From NCBI GenBank assembly GCA_017620885.1, contig JAGAUF010000103.1, forward strand, positions 29,550 to 93,549: a stretch of DNA of 64,000 nucleotides. Reading direction: 5' to 3'. Shown here one piece after another: positions 28,800 through 37,613 of this stretch. Both the position numbers and the translations under genes were made by a program. The stretch comes from Muribaculaceae bacterium. Its GTDB lineage: Bacteria; Bacteroidota; Bacteroidia; Bacteroidales; Muribaculaceae. How positions within the stretch are numbered: position 1 is the stretch's first letter; each line of letters starts with the position of its first letter. The notes beneath the pieces were generated by a model. It made no database searches. It was not told the DNA's origin and saw only the letters and a program-made list of their open reading frames with translations.

Positions 28800-30068
28800 A
28801 TGAAATATCTGCTGATAGCCGGCGAAGCGTCAGGTGACCTTCATGCCGCCGGCCTAATAAGTGCAATAAAAGAGAATGATCCATCGGCCGAATTCCGTTT
28901 CTTCGGAGGGGATTTGATGGCGAAAGCGGCGCGGTGCGAGCCTGATCTGCATTACGATGAGATGAATGTGATGGGCTTCAGCGAGGTATTGCGTAAACTT
29001 CCCAAACTGCTGCGTAATCTCTCGAAGGGTAAGCGTCTGATCAAATGGTGGAATCCCGATGCCGTCATCCTAGTGGATTATCCGAGTTTCAATCTCAAGT
29101 TGGCCAAGGTAGCTCATAAGGCCGGCATCAAGGTGTTTTATTTCATTTCTCCGAAGGTGTGGGCATGGAAGGAGTTCAGAGTCCGTCAGATTAAGAAATA
29201 TGTCGACAGGATGTTTTCGATACTTCCATTTGAGGTGCCTTTCTATGCATCGCATGGTTATGATGTGACATACGTCGGCAATCCGTCGGTGCAGGAAATC
29301 GATTATGCCTTGCGCCATCTTCCTCCGGCCAAACATTTCTATCAGCGTCAGGACATCGAAGACGACGGGCGTCCGCTCATTGCGCTTCTTCCCGGCTCGC
29401 GCAAGAGTGAGATACGCAATAACCTTCCATTGATGCTTGAGGCGGCGAAGAAATTTCCGCAATGTCGTTATGTAGTGGCTGCTGCTCCGGCTGTTCCGGA
29501 GCGCTATTACCGCAGTGTGGCGCAGGATCCGGGTCTGAAACTCACTTTCGGTGCCACGGTGCCGTTGCTGAAATATGCGAAGGCCGCTCTCGTGACTTCG
29601 GGTACCGCGACGCTTGAAACGGCTCTTGTCGGGACGCCGCAAGTGGTTTGTTATCGAGCCAACGGCCGAAAGCTGACGTATAAGATTATGGAGTGGCTCA
29701 TCAAGGTAAAATATGTTTCTCTTCCGAATCTTATCGTGAATAACCGCATTATTCCGGAATTGCTGCTTCATTACTGTACGGCGGAGAGCATAGCACGCCA
29801 TCTTTCTCCATTGCTTCAGCCTTCGCCGGAGCGCGACTGGCAGTTGAGTGGATACAAGACGATGCGCCGGAAGCTCGGGACGTCGGTTGCGGCAGAATAT
29901 GCTGCCGAGATTATAGTGGACGTACTGAATGGAAAGGGGGAGAAAACGGAGAGTGAGAGCCGTCGATTGAGCCACAGGAGACGTCAGACGCCACGGGGAA
30001 GGGGGGATTCGGCCAAAAATGAGGAAAAAGATGGCGCGAATATGGCAAAATCCGATAAAAATAGTTAA
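28800..30068 (+). CDS. lpxB: lipid-A-disaccharide synthase
   Basis: IAGEASGDLHA, VDYPSFN, SPKVWAW, LLPGSRKSEI, TSGTATLE; ATG at 28800. Confidence 0.95.
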   Translation: MKYLLIAGEASGDLHAAGLISAIKENDPSAEFRFFGGDLMAKAARCEPDLHYDEMNVMGFSEVLRKLPKLLRNLSKGKRLIKWWNPDAVILVDYPSFNLKLAKVAHKAGIKVFYFISPKVWAWKEFRVRQIKKYVDRMFSILPFEVPFYASHGYDVTYVGNPSVQEIDYALRHLPPAKHFYQRQDIEDDGRPLIALLPGSRKSEIRNNLPLMLEAAKKFPQCRYVVAAAPAVPERYYRSVAQDPGLKLTFGATVPLLKYAKAALVTSGTATLETALVGTPQVVCYRANGRKLTYKIMEWLIKVKYVSLPNLIVNNRIIPELLLHYCTAESIARHLSPLLQPSPERDWQLSGYKTMRRKLGTSVAAEYAAEIIVDVLNGKGEKTESESRRLSHRRRQTPRGRGDSAKNEEKDGANMAKSDKNS

Positions 30069-30082
30069 TTTTGCAAGCAGAA

Positions 30083-31186
30083 ATGAAACGAGACCAAAAA
30101 GTGACCAGAGTGTGTGTCTGCGGAGGAGGTTCGCAGGGGCATGTGGCAGCCGGAATGATCGGTTGTCGCGAGGGCTATGCGGTGGATATTCTGACGCGTC
30201 GTCCTGACGATTGGTCGCATGATTTTGTGACTCGTGATTTTCGCGGGAAGGAGTATAGGGCGCATCTTGGCGTCATTTCGTCGGATCCGGCGGATGTGAT
30301 TCCGCAAGCCGACATAATTTACATCAGCCTTCCCGGTTTCGCCATTCGCGAGCAGATGGCGCGTATTAAGCCGTATCTGCGCCCAGATACGATTATAGGC
30401 TCGTCATTTGGTGGGAGCGGTTTCTTCATTCACCTTTTCCATACCTTGGGCTATAATGTTCCGTCCTTTTGTTTTCAGCGCGTTCCGGCCATAGGACGTC
30501 CGCTGCATTACGGCCATATAGCCGATCTTCAGGGCTATAAGCCAGATCTGAAGGTTGCCACGGTGAATATCTCCGATCCGGAACGTATCGTGAAGATGTC
30601 GGAGGAATGGTTTGAGACGCCTACAACGCATCTTTCCCATTGGCTTGAGGTTACGTTGAGCAATAGCAACCCGCTGCTTCATCCCGTGTCGCTGAGCGTG
30701 CTTTTTGCCGATTGGGAGCCGGGGAAAATATACCGGACGGTCCCGGAGGTGTATTCCGATTGGACGGACGAGGCGTCGCGCCGCTGGCTGGCGTGCGACG
30801 ATGAGCTTCAGAGCATCATCCGCAAGCTCCCGATGAGGGCGGACGAGGTGCCGACCCTCCTTGACTATTACGGGGTGGACGGTGTAGAGTCTCTGACGGC
30901 GAAGGTGCGTTCGATAGAGGCTTTCAAGAATAAGCCTGCACCGATGAAGGCCGTCGGTGACGGGTATGTGCTTGATAGCGGGCACAGAATGTTTGAGGAG
31001 GATGTGCGTTGCGGTCTTGTGACGATTAAATCGTTTGCAGAGCGCGTGGGTGTGTCCACTCCGATGATCGACCGCATAATTTGCTGGGCACAGCGAGTTA
31101 TGGGGAAGGAATATATCGTTGACGGTCGTCTCACCGGTCGCGACCTCGGTGAGGCACTTATAGCCGAAGACGGTCCCGAAGAATAA
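30083..31186 (+). CDS. NAD/NADP octopine/nopaline (opine) dehydrogenase family protein
   Basis: Rossmann CGGGSQGH, LSNSNPLLHP, RMFEEDVRCGL, VSTPMIDRIICWAQ. Confidence 0.78.
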   Translation: MKRDQKVTRVCVCGGGSQGHVAAGMIGCREGYAVDILTRRPDDWSHDFVTRDFRGKEYRAHLGVISSDPADVIPQADIIYISLPGFAIREQMARIKPYLRPDTIIGSSFGGSGFFIHLFHTLGYNVPSFCFQRVPAIGRPLHYGHIADLQGYKPDLKVATVNISDPERIVKMSEEWFETPTTHLSHWLEVTLSNSNPLLHPVSLSVLFADWEPGKIYRTVPEVYSDWTDEASRRWLACDDELQSIIRKLPMRADEVPTLLDYYGVDGVESLTAKVRSIEAFKNKPAPMKAVGDGYVLDSGHRMFEEDVRCGLVTIKSFAERVGVSTPMIDRIICWAQRVMGKEYIVDGRLTGRDLGEALIAEDGPEE

Positions 31187-31212
31187 AACCTTAGAATCAA
31201 AATACTCAAATT

Positions 31213-33213
31213 ATGGCAACCAATACGAAGCGGCAATTCACGCCCGCTGACGTTGAGTCGAATCGAAGATTGTTGGAATTGCTGTCGCAGACATTTGGAA
31301 ACGTTTCGGCGGCAGGTACAGAAATTATCAACCTTGAGGCTATTATGAACCTCCCCAAAGGGACGGAACATTTCGTAGCCGACATCCATGGTGAACATGA
31401 GGCGTTTGCCCATATCCTGAAGAATGCGTCGGGGAATATCCGCCGCATCGTGACGGAGATTTTCGGCAATTCGATGCGGGAAGACTCCATCAGGCAGCTT
31501 TGTTCGCTGATTTATTATCCGGCCCGCAAACTGCAATACATCTCTGCCTCGGAGCCGAATATGGACGATTTCTACAATATCACGTTGCATCAGCTTGTCA
31601 AGGTGCTTCAGCGTGTGTCGCAGAAATATACCCGATCAAAGGTGCGCAAGGCGTTGCCGAAAGAGTTTGCCTATATTATCGAGGAATTGCTTCATGAGGC
31701 ACCCTCCGGTGAAAATAAACAGCCTTATTACAATCGTATTGTCGAGACGATTATATCGACGGGACAGGCCCGTGATTTCATCGTAGCGATATGTAACGTG
31801 ATCCAGCGGCTTTCCATCGACCGTCTCCACATTCTCGGCGACATCTACGACCGCGGTCCGGGCGCCCACCTCATCATTGATATGCTGCAGAATTACAAGG
31901 ATTATGATATTCAATGGGGCAATCACGACGCTGTATGGATGGGCGCGGCGGCCGGCAATGAGTGCTGTATTGCCAATGTGCTTCGTATGTCGTTGAGATA
32001 TAATAATATGGCTACGCTCGAAGACGGATACGGCATCAACCTTGTTCCTCTCGCCCTCTTCGCAATGGATACGTATAAGAACGACCCGTGCGAGATTTTC
32101 CAGCCGAAAGTGCCGGTGGATGAAACTGAACAAGGGCTGAAAAACCGTCAGCTGACGGCACAGATGCACAAGGCTATATCTATCATTCAATGGAAGCTGG
32201 AGGCCGCTATGATAGCTCGTCATCCCGAGTGGGGCATGGAGAGCCGAAATCTGTTGCATCTCATCGACCGCGAGAAAGGCACCGTAAAAATCGACGGAGT
32301 AGATTATAAGATGCTCGACAACAATTTCCCGACCATCGACCCAGCCGATCCGTATAAACTGACTGAGGCGGAAGCGATTCTTGCCGAGAAACTCGTGCAC
32401 AGCTTCAATGTCAGCGACAAGCTCCGCCGCCATATCAATGTATTCTTCTCTCACGGCTGCATGTACAGCGTGGTGAACTCCAATCTCCTATTCCACGCCT
32501 CTATGCCGATGAACGAGGATGGAACGTTGAAAGAGGTTTCCGTACGCGGTAAGAAATTCAAAGGGAAGGATCTTCTGCATGAGGTAGGCTTGATGATGCG
32601 TTCCGCGTTCAACCCCGATACCCCCGAAGAGGATCGCAAATACGCCATAGATTACTATTGGTACTTATGGTGTGGTCCCGATTCGCCACTTTTCGACAAG
32701 GCGAAGATGGCTACGTTCGAGCGTTATTTCCTGACCGATAAGGAGCCGCAGGCTGAGAAAAAAGGACATTATTACAAGCTGCGTGAAGACCCGAAAGTGT
32801 GCGATTATATCCTTGACTGCTTTGACGTGCAGGGTGAACACCGCCATATCATCAACGGCCATGTGCCCGTTAAAGTGGGTAAGGGTGAGAACCCGATCAA
32901 GGGCGATGGCAAGATGATGGTGATAGACGGCGGATTCTCTAAGGCTTATCATAACACGACTGGCATAGCCGGTTATACTCTCGTGTTCCATAGCCGTGGC
33001 TTCGAGCTCGTGCAGCACGTGCCTTTCACGACGGCAGAAGACGCCGTGAAGAACGGTACTGACATCCTCGGCACGACGAAGATCGTAGAGTTGAACCGTC
33101 AGCGGATGCGTGTGCGTGATACTGATATAGGGCGTGAGCTTCAAGGTCAGATCGACGAACTGATGATGCTTCTCTACGCTTACCGTTCCGGTATGATTAA
33201 GGAGCGCAAGTAA
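31213..33213 (+). CDS. fbp: fructose-1,6-bisphosphatase class III
   Basis: NLPKGTEHFVADIHGE, GDIYDRG, QWGNHD, INGHVPV, IDGGFSKAY. Confidence 0.94.
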   Translation: MATNTKRQFTPADVESNRRLLELLSQTFGNVSAAGTEIINLEAIMNLPKGTEHFVADIHGEHEAFAHILKNASGNIRRIVTEIFGNSMREDSIRQLCSLIYYPARKLQYISASEPNMDDFYNITLHQLVKVLQRVSQKYTRSKVRKALPKEFAYIIEELLHEAPSGENKQPYYNRIVETIISTGQARDFIVAICNVIQRLSIDRLHILGDIYDRGPGAHLIIDMLQNYKDYDIQWGNHDAVWMGAAAGNECCIANVLRMSLRYNNMATLEDGYGINLVPLALFAMDTYKNDPCEIFQPKVPVDETEQGLKNRQLTAQMHKAISIIQWKLEAAMIARHPEWGMESRNLLHLIDREKGTVKIDGVDYKMLDNNFPTIDPADPYKLTEAEAILAEKLVHSFNVSDKLRRHINVFFSHGCMYSVVNSNLLFHASMPMNEDGTLKEVSVRGKKFKGKDLLHEVGLMMRSAFNPDTPEEDRKYAIDYYWYLWCGPDSPLFDKAKMATFERYFLTDKEPQAEKKGHYYKLREDPKVCDYILDCFDVQGEHRHIINGHVPVKVGKGENPIKGDGKMMVIDGGFSKAYHNTTGIAGYTLVFHSRGFELVQHVPFTTAEDAVKNGTDILGTTKIVELNRQRMRVRDTDIGRELQGQIDELMMLLYAYRSGMIKERK

Positions 33214-33250
33214 ATTAAAGGTCTCCCGTAAAGGGGACGGTAAAATATGG

Positions 33251-33280
33251 CGGAGGCGAGTCTTAAGAGATTCGCCTCCG
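33251..33280. terminator. terminator between convergent genes
   Basis: CGGAGGCGAGTC...GATTCGCCTCCG. Confidence 0.7.
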
Positions 33281-33308
33281 TGTCCGTTTTATAGCGTTAT
33301 AGCGTCGG

Positions 33309-34235
33309 TTATCGTGCGGTGATGGAATCGAGCAGGAGACGGGTAAATAGGCGGGCGCCGTCGTCGTTGAGGTGGGAGGGATCGGCGAAGAGCTCTTTAT
33401 TGCAGTTGAAATCAGGGTTGTCGCTGAAGTCGATATAGCGGTAACGTCCGTATGGCGTAATATCGTGTTCGCGCAGGAAACGTTTTACGGATGGTGTCAG
33501 ATCGGTTTTATGAAATTGGGCCGAGGTGACGAAGATGAGCCGTATGTCATTGGCATCGCAGAGACGTAGAAATTTATCGAAGTATTTGATTTTCAGTGTG
33601 TCAAGTGGTACGTTATTGTTTATCTTTTCTTGAAAATCAGTGGTGATTTTGCCGTAGATCGGTTTGTAGCCGCGTATTGTCAATTGCTTTGGCGATATTG
33701 CGTCGCTGATATTCTGGATGAAAACTGAATTGTAGCGATATGAGGCAAGCCGGTTTTTGATGGCTTCGTCAGGGTCGATGTCTGCAAGGACTTCACTGAC
33801 GCCTGGAGCATTGTAGGCCGGCCTCAAATGTGTCAGTGGGTTGGTGTGGTCATCGTTTTCGTATAGGTCGAAGATCGGGAAAAGCTCGTAGATTATCATC
33901 GAAGGACATGCTCCGCGGCTCACCATATTCTTCAGGAAAGCGTAAGAGAGAAGGATTCCGTTGCCGTCGATGCCACAGTTATAGACGGATGTGTGAAGGC
34001 GTGCCGCGATGCTGTCGGTAACGTAATGATGGTTGGCACGGGAGCTGCCCATTATAATGACAGAATCGCGAAGCTCGTTGAGGATATAGTAGTTGTTGTG
34101 GGTGTCGCCGCCCTTTGCATTCTTGCGGGCATATTCGACAGCAACACCGAAGCTGAAATCAAGCACCATAAGGCCTATTATCACGCTCAATGTGGCCAAA
34201 ACGAATTTTATTGCTTTCGATTTCATTATGCCCAT
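33309..34235 (-). CDS. SGNH/DltD-AlgJ-like periplasmic acyltransferase partner
   Basis: N-terminal TM helix, block I IMGSSRANHH, YNCGIDG, C-terminal DPSHLN (DxxH); follows an MBOAT gene. Confidence 0.7.
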   Translation of the reverse strand: MGIMKSKAIKFVLATLSVIIGLMVLDFSFGVAVEYARKNAKGGDTHNNYYILNELRDSVIIMGSSRANHHYVTDSIAARLHTSVYNCGIDGNGILLSYAFLKNMVSRGACPSMIIYELFPIFDLYENDDHTNPLTHLRPAYNAPGVSEVLADIDPDEAIKNRLASYRYNSVFIQNISDAISPKQLTIRGYKPIYGKITTDFQEKINNNVPLDTLKIKYFDKFLRLCDANDIRLIFVTSAQFHKTDLTPSVKRFLREHDITPYGRYRYIDFSDNPDFNCNKELFADPSHLNDDGARLFTRLLLDSITAR

Positions 34236-34239
34236 ATCA

Positions 34240-35685
34240 TTAAAAATTAACGTAAATAAACTGGCTTGAATCAAGAACGCCGACAGTCAGCACGATGAAG
34301 AGAAGCAGAATCAGCGCAATTACACGCATTGCGGCATTCGTGGATTTAAGCGGCTTGAACTGCGGGAAATATTCGCGGATGAATTCGGTGACAAAGAGAG
34401 AGATGAGGGCAAATCCTATCAGCAATATTGTTGTTTTTGACGGATTGAGGCTCGCTCCCGGGGCAAATGTCACGATGCGCTTTATCACGCTGACGGCGTC
34501 CTTAAGCGTCGGCATACGGAAGAAAATCCACGCGAAATTGACAATCAGGAAGGTCAGGAGGATGCGCAAGGCGAGAACGAATCGGTTTTTCGGTTTGTCG
34601 CCGAGGCCGAACCATCGCTCCACACATTGTACGGCGCCGTGTATGAGTCCCCAAATAATGAACGTATAATTTGCGCCATGCCAGATACCGCTGACGGCAA
34701 AAGTCGCGATTATATTGCCGTATGTGCGTGCTTTCCCACGTCGGTTGCCACCCAGCGGGATGTAGACATTTTCTTTAAGCCATCGCGTCAGCGAGATGTG
34801 CCAGCGTCGCCAGAATTCCGTCACGCTATGCGCGAAATAGGGACGCTGAAAGTTGTTGATCAGCCGGTAGCCGAAGAGACGTCCGACGCCGACAGCCATC
34901 AGTGAATAACCGGCGAAATCGCCGTACAGCTGTATGGAATAGAAGATGGAGGCAAGGAAGCAGGTCGATCCGGAGAAATTGGCATAATCGGCGTAGACGG
35001 GATTGACGTATGTGGCGAGACGGTCGGCTACAACGGCCTTGAGGAAGAAGCCGAGAGCCATCAGCCATACACCCTCGGCAATGTCGGAATAGACGATGGC
35101 CGGCCGGTTTTTAATCTGCGGAAGCAGCTCGGAGGCTTTGCTGATAGGTCCGGAAGCTATTTGCGGGAAGAAAGCCACAAAGAGCATATAATAGATGAAA
35201 TTATGTTCCGGGTCAGTTTTGCCCCGGTATACGTCCCATACGTATCCGATGGATTGGAACGTGAAGAAGGAGATGCCTATCGGGATTATGAAGCCGAAGG
35301 AAGCCGGCTCCCGGACCGCTGTCTCTGTCAGTCCCAAAGCGTGGCACGCCTGCAGAAAGGCGTCAGCGATGAAATCGGCGTATTTGAATATAATCAGCGG
35401 CAAAAGGATGATAATTGCTCCGAAAGGTATCCACATACGGGCACGGTGCGTCCCCTTGTGACGCCCGAAAAATAGTCCGAATCCGTACGTCAGCGCTGTG
35501 ATCAGGAAGATAAATAGTGCGCAGGCCGGCTGAAACGATATTATGAACGTATATGATATGACTGTCAGGAGGGAGGCCGAGATAATGCTGCAATAGCGGC
35601 TGCCGCGCCACGCCCAAGCTACGATGACATAGACGAGCAGCACAATAGGCAATATCCTCAGAAATTCAAAAGAATTCAGTATCAT
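34240..35685 (-). CDS. MBOAT family O-acyltransferase (AlgI/DltB-like)
   Basis: PIGISFFTFQ, FFPQIASGPI, YGDFAGYS, FWRRWHISL, SGIWHGANYTF. Confidence 0.92.
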   Translation of the reverse strand: MILNSFEFLRILPIVLLVYVIVAWAWRGSRYCSIISASLLTVISYTFIISFQPACALFIFLITALTYGFGLFFGRHKGTHRARMWIPFGAIIILLPLIIFKYADFIADAFLQACHALGLTETAVREPASFGFIIPIGISFFTFQSIGYVWDVYRGKTDPEHNFIYYMLFVAFFPQIASGPISKASELLPQIKNRPAIVYSDIAEGVWLMALGFFLKAVVADRLATYVNPVYADYANFSGSTCFLASIFYSIQLYGDFAGYSLMAVGVGRLFGYRLINNFQRPYFAHSVTEFWRRWHISLTRWLKENVYIPLGGNRRGKARTYGNIIATFAVSGIWHGANYTFIIWGLIHGAVQCVERWFGLGDKPKNRFVLALRILLTFLIVNFAWIFFRMPTLKDAVSVIKRIVTFAPGASLNPSKTTILLIGFALISLFVTEFIREYFPQFKPLKSTNAAMRVIALILLLFIVLTVGVLDSSQFIYVNF

Positions 35686-35841
35686 TTCCTCCGTAACAAA
35701 TCAGTTATGCCCGGCAAAATTACACAAATTTCCCCTATCCGCAAAATCCTCGATTTCAATACCGGCGATGATTGCGGCGAGGGAGTTCATAGCGAGGCAG
35801 GTGCTACGGGAGAGGCCGGGCTCGTTGATGCCGAGGCCATC

Positions 35842-36054
35842 CTACATTGCAGCTTTCAAGGTGCCTCCGGATAAATCGGATTTGTCGCGGAAAATGGGGC
35901 GGATCTTTGAAGGAAGTGAAGGATTATCCTTGTGTAAAGCCACCGGAAAGCCGTATGACTCAAGTTTCTTCTGCAGCCATACTGCCCACTTTTCATCCTC
36001 GCGCTTATAGCTGATGAAAGCGTAATAGGTATATTCTTTGTTATCGATTGTCAT
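35842..36054 (-). pseudogene. truncated TIR-domain protein remnant
   Basis: YYAFISYKREDEKWAVWLQKKLESY...IFRDKSDLSGG is a TIR N-terminal half; an in-frame TAG follows and the catalytic-Glu region is missing. Confidence 0.72.
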
Positions 36055-36140
36055 TCCTTGTTAAGTGTTACGTTCGATTATGAACCGATTTCTGCTTTAT
36101 ATGAACCGGCGATTTCAAATTAATGATAATCAGGGATATA

Positions 36141-37584
36141 TCAATCGACAACTTCCCATTTGCCGGAAGAACGTCCGCCTTCGCGTTTGAGCAATCCCAT
36201 ATTCTTTAGCTTTTTGATGCGCTCATATATTGCTGATTCTTTTATGCCAATGTATCCATAAGTTCAGAATAAGTTATGGCTGGATTTTTACGAATTAAAT
36301 CCAAAACTTCTAAAAGTTCTTTCTTCGGTTCTTTCTTCGGTTCTTTCCTCGGTTCTTTCTTCGGTTCTTTCTTCGGTTCGTCGACTTCTTTTATCGCTAT
36401 ATTTTCAACAACCAGGAATGCAGTGCCGAGATGCAATTTGAAATCGGCTTCTCCATTGCCATTGGCTCTGAGTTCCTCTTGCACTGCCTGAACTCCTCTG
36501 CTATAACGATTCACAAAGCCGAGAACTTTCATTCCCTCAGCAACCACTCTATTGCGGTAGTCGTTTACATAGGGAAAGTTTTCAGGAGTTGCTTTGCCAT
36601 ACAGCCCTCCCGGATTCATTATTTCAATACGGTCATCATACTGGTAAAACTGTACCGGACCATTACCCTCGTAATCGCGATGACAGATGGCATTCATTAG
36701 TAACTCTCGAGTGGCCCAATGAGGATAAACTACAATTATTTCCTCTCTCAAGGCAGAGACAGGCACAGGCCGGCGGTTGGTAATTGATGCGTCAACAAAT
36801 GTATCAAGTTGCGATAGAATCTTTACAAGATTGCCCGAAAACTTATATTCGTTTTTGATCTCACCGGCACGATTGTTTCCACTGAATCTTACATATTGTA
36901 CGTAGCATCCCGGCAAAAACTGTTCCGGAAGTTTGCCAAACATTATAATCCCCGCAAAAGTAGGGCAATTGTATTTGACATTATAATATCCAAGTGCTTG
37001 CATCTGTTGCTCTATTGTTCGAGTATCAGTACGCAAAACCGCATCAGGGAAAGCCTTAGGGAGATATATCTGACGGAATGCAGCCAAATCAATGTCATCA
37101 ATTGTGGCATCGAAACAAGGCAAAGCATCAAATGTCATCATACGGCTCGTTCGTTTCTCAAACAATATCTTTTCATCTGCTTCACTGGCGATACATTTAC
37201 GGGGACCTATGCGAACCCATATTCGTCCTTCATAACGGACTGGAGTAAACTGGCACGGCTGCACAGTGACAACAGCTACATCCCCCCCTCAAGAGAAACT
37301 TTCTCAACAGTCATACTTACTTGCGGTTGCAACTTGCCATCGGTCTTGATGCCTCCTAGGTTTTTTAATAACTGATCGGTAATTTTAATAGAACCGTCAA
37401 CGGAACCGGTTTTGTCATCCGCTCCTATTATCAGATAGCCGGGGAGATTATGATTGGGCAGGTCATTTGCAAACGCGCAAATTGCTTGACCAAATTTGTC
37501 GGTATTAGTTGTAGAAATAGTCCGCTCCACACGGTCACTTTCTATATCCGAGAGCAATGTCTTTACTTCTTCAGCTGTTAGCAT
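36141..37584 (-). pseudogene. AlbA_2 (Schlafen-like) + HATPase_c_4 + wHTH protein (RecG-annotated type) with two frameshifts
   Basis: ESDRVE...QAICAFAND...LIIGADD (AlbA_2); RELLMNAICHRDY...IEIMNPGGL...RN (HATPase_c_4). Frame breaks at a G7 run (37282-37288) and near 36248; the wHTH tail IKESAIYERIKKLKNMGLLKREGGRSSGKWEVVD continues in another frame to TGA at 36141. Confidence 0.8.
36317..36379 (-). repeat. 12-bp coding tandem repeat (EPKK x about 5)
   Basis: ggttctttcttc units; translation EPKKEPKKEPRKEPKKEPKKE. Confidence 0.85.
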
Positions 37585-37613
37585 ACCTTATATGTTTAGG
37601 GCACTTTGTTTAT

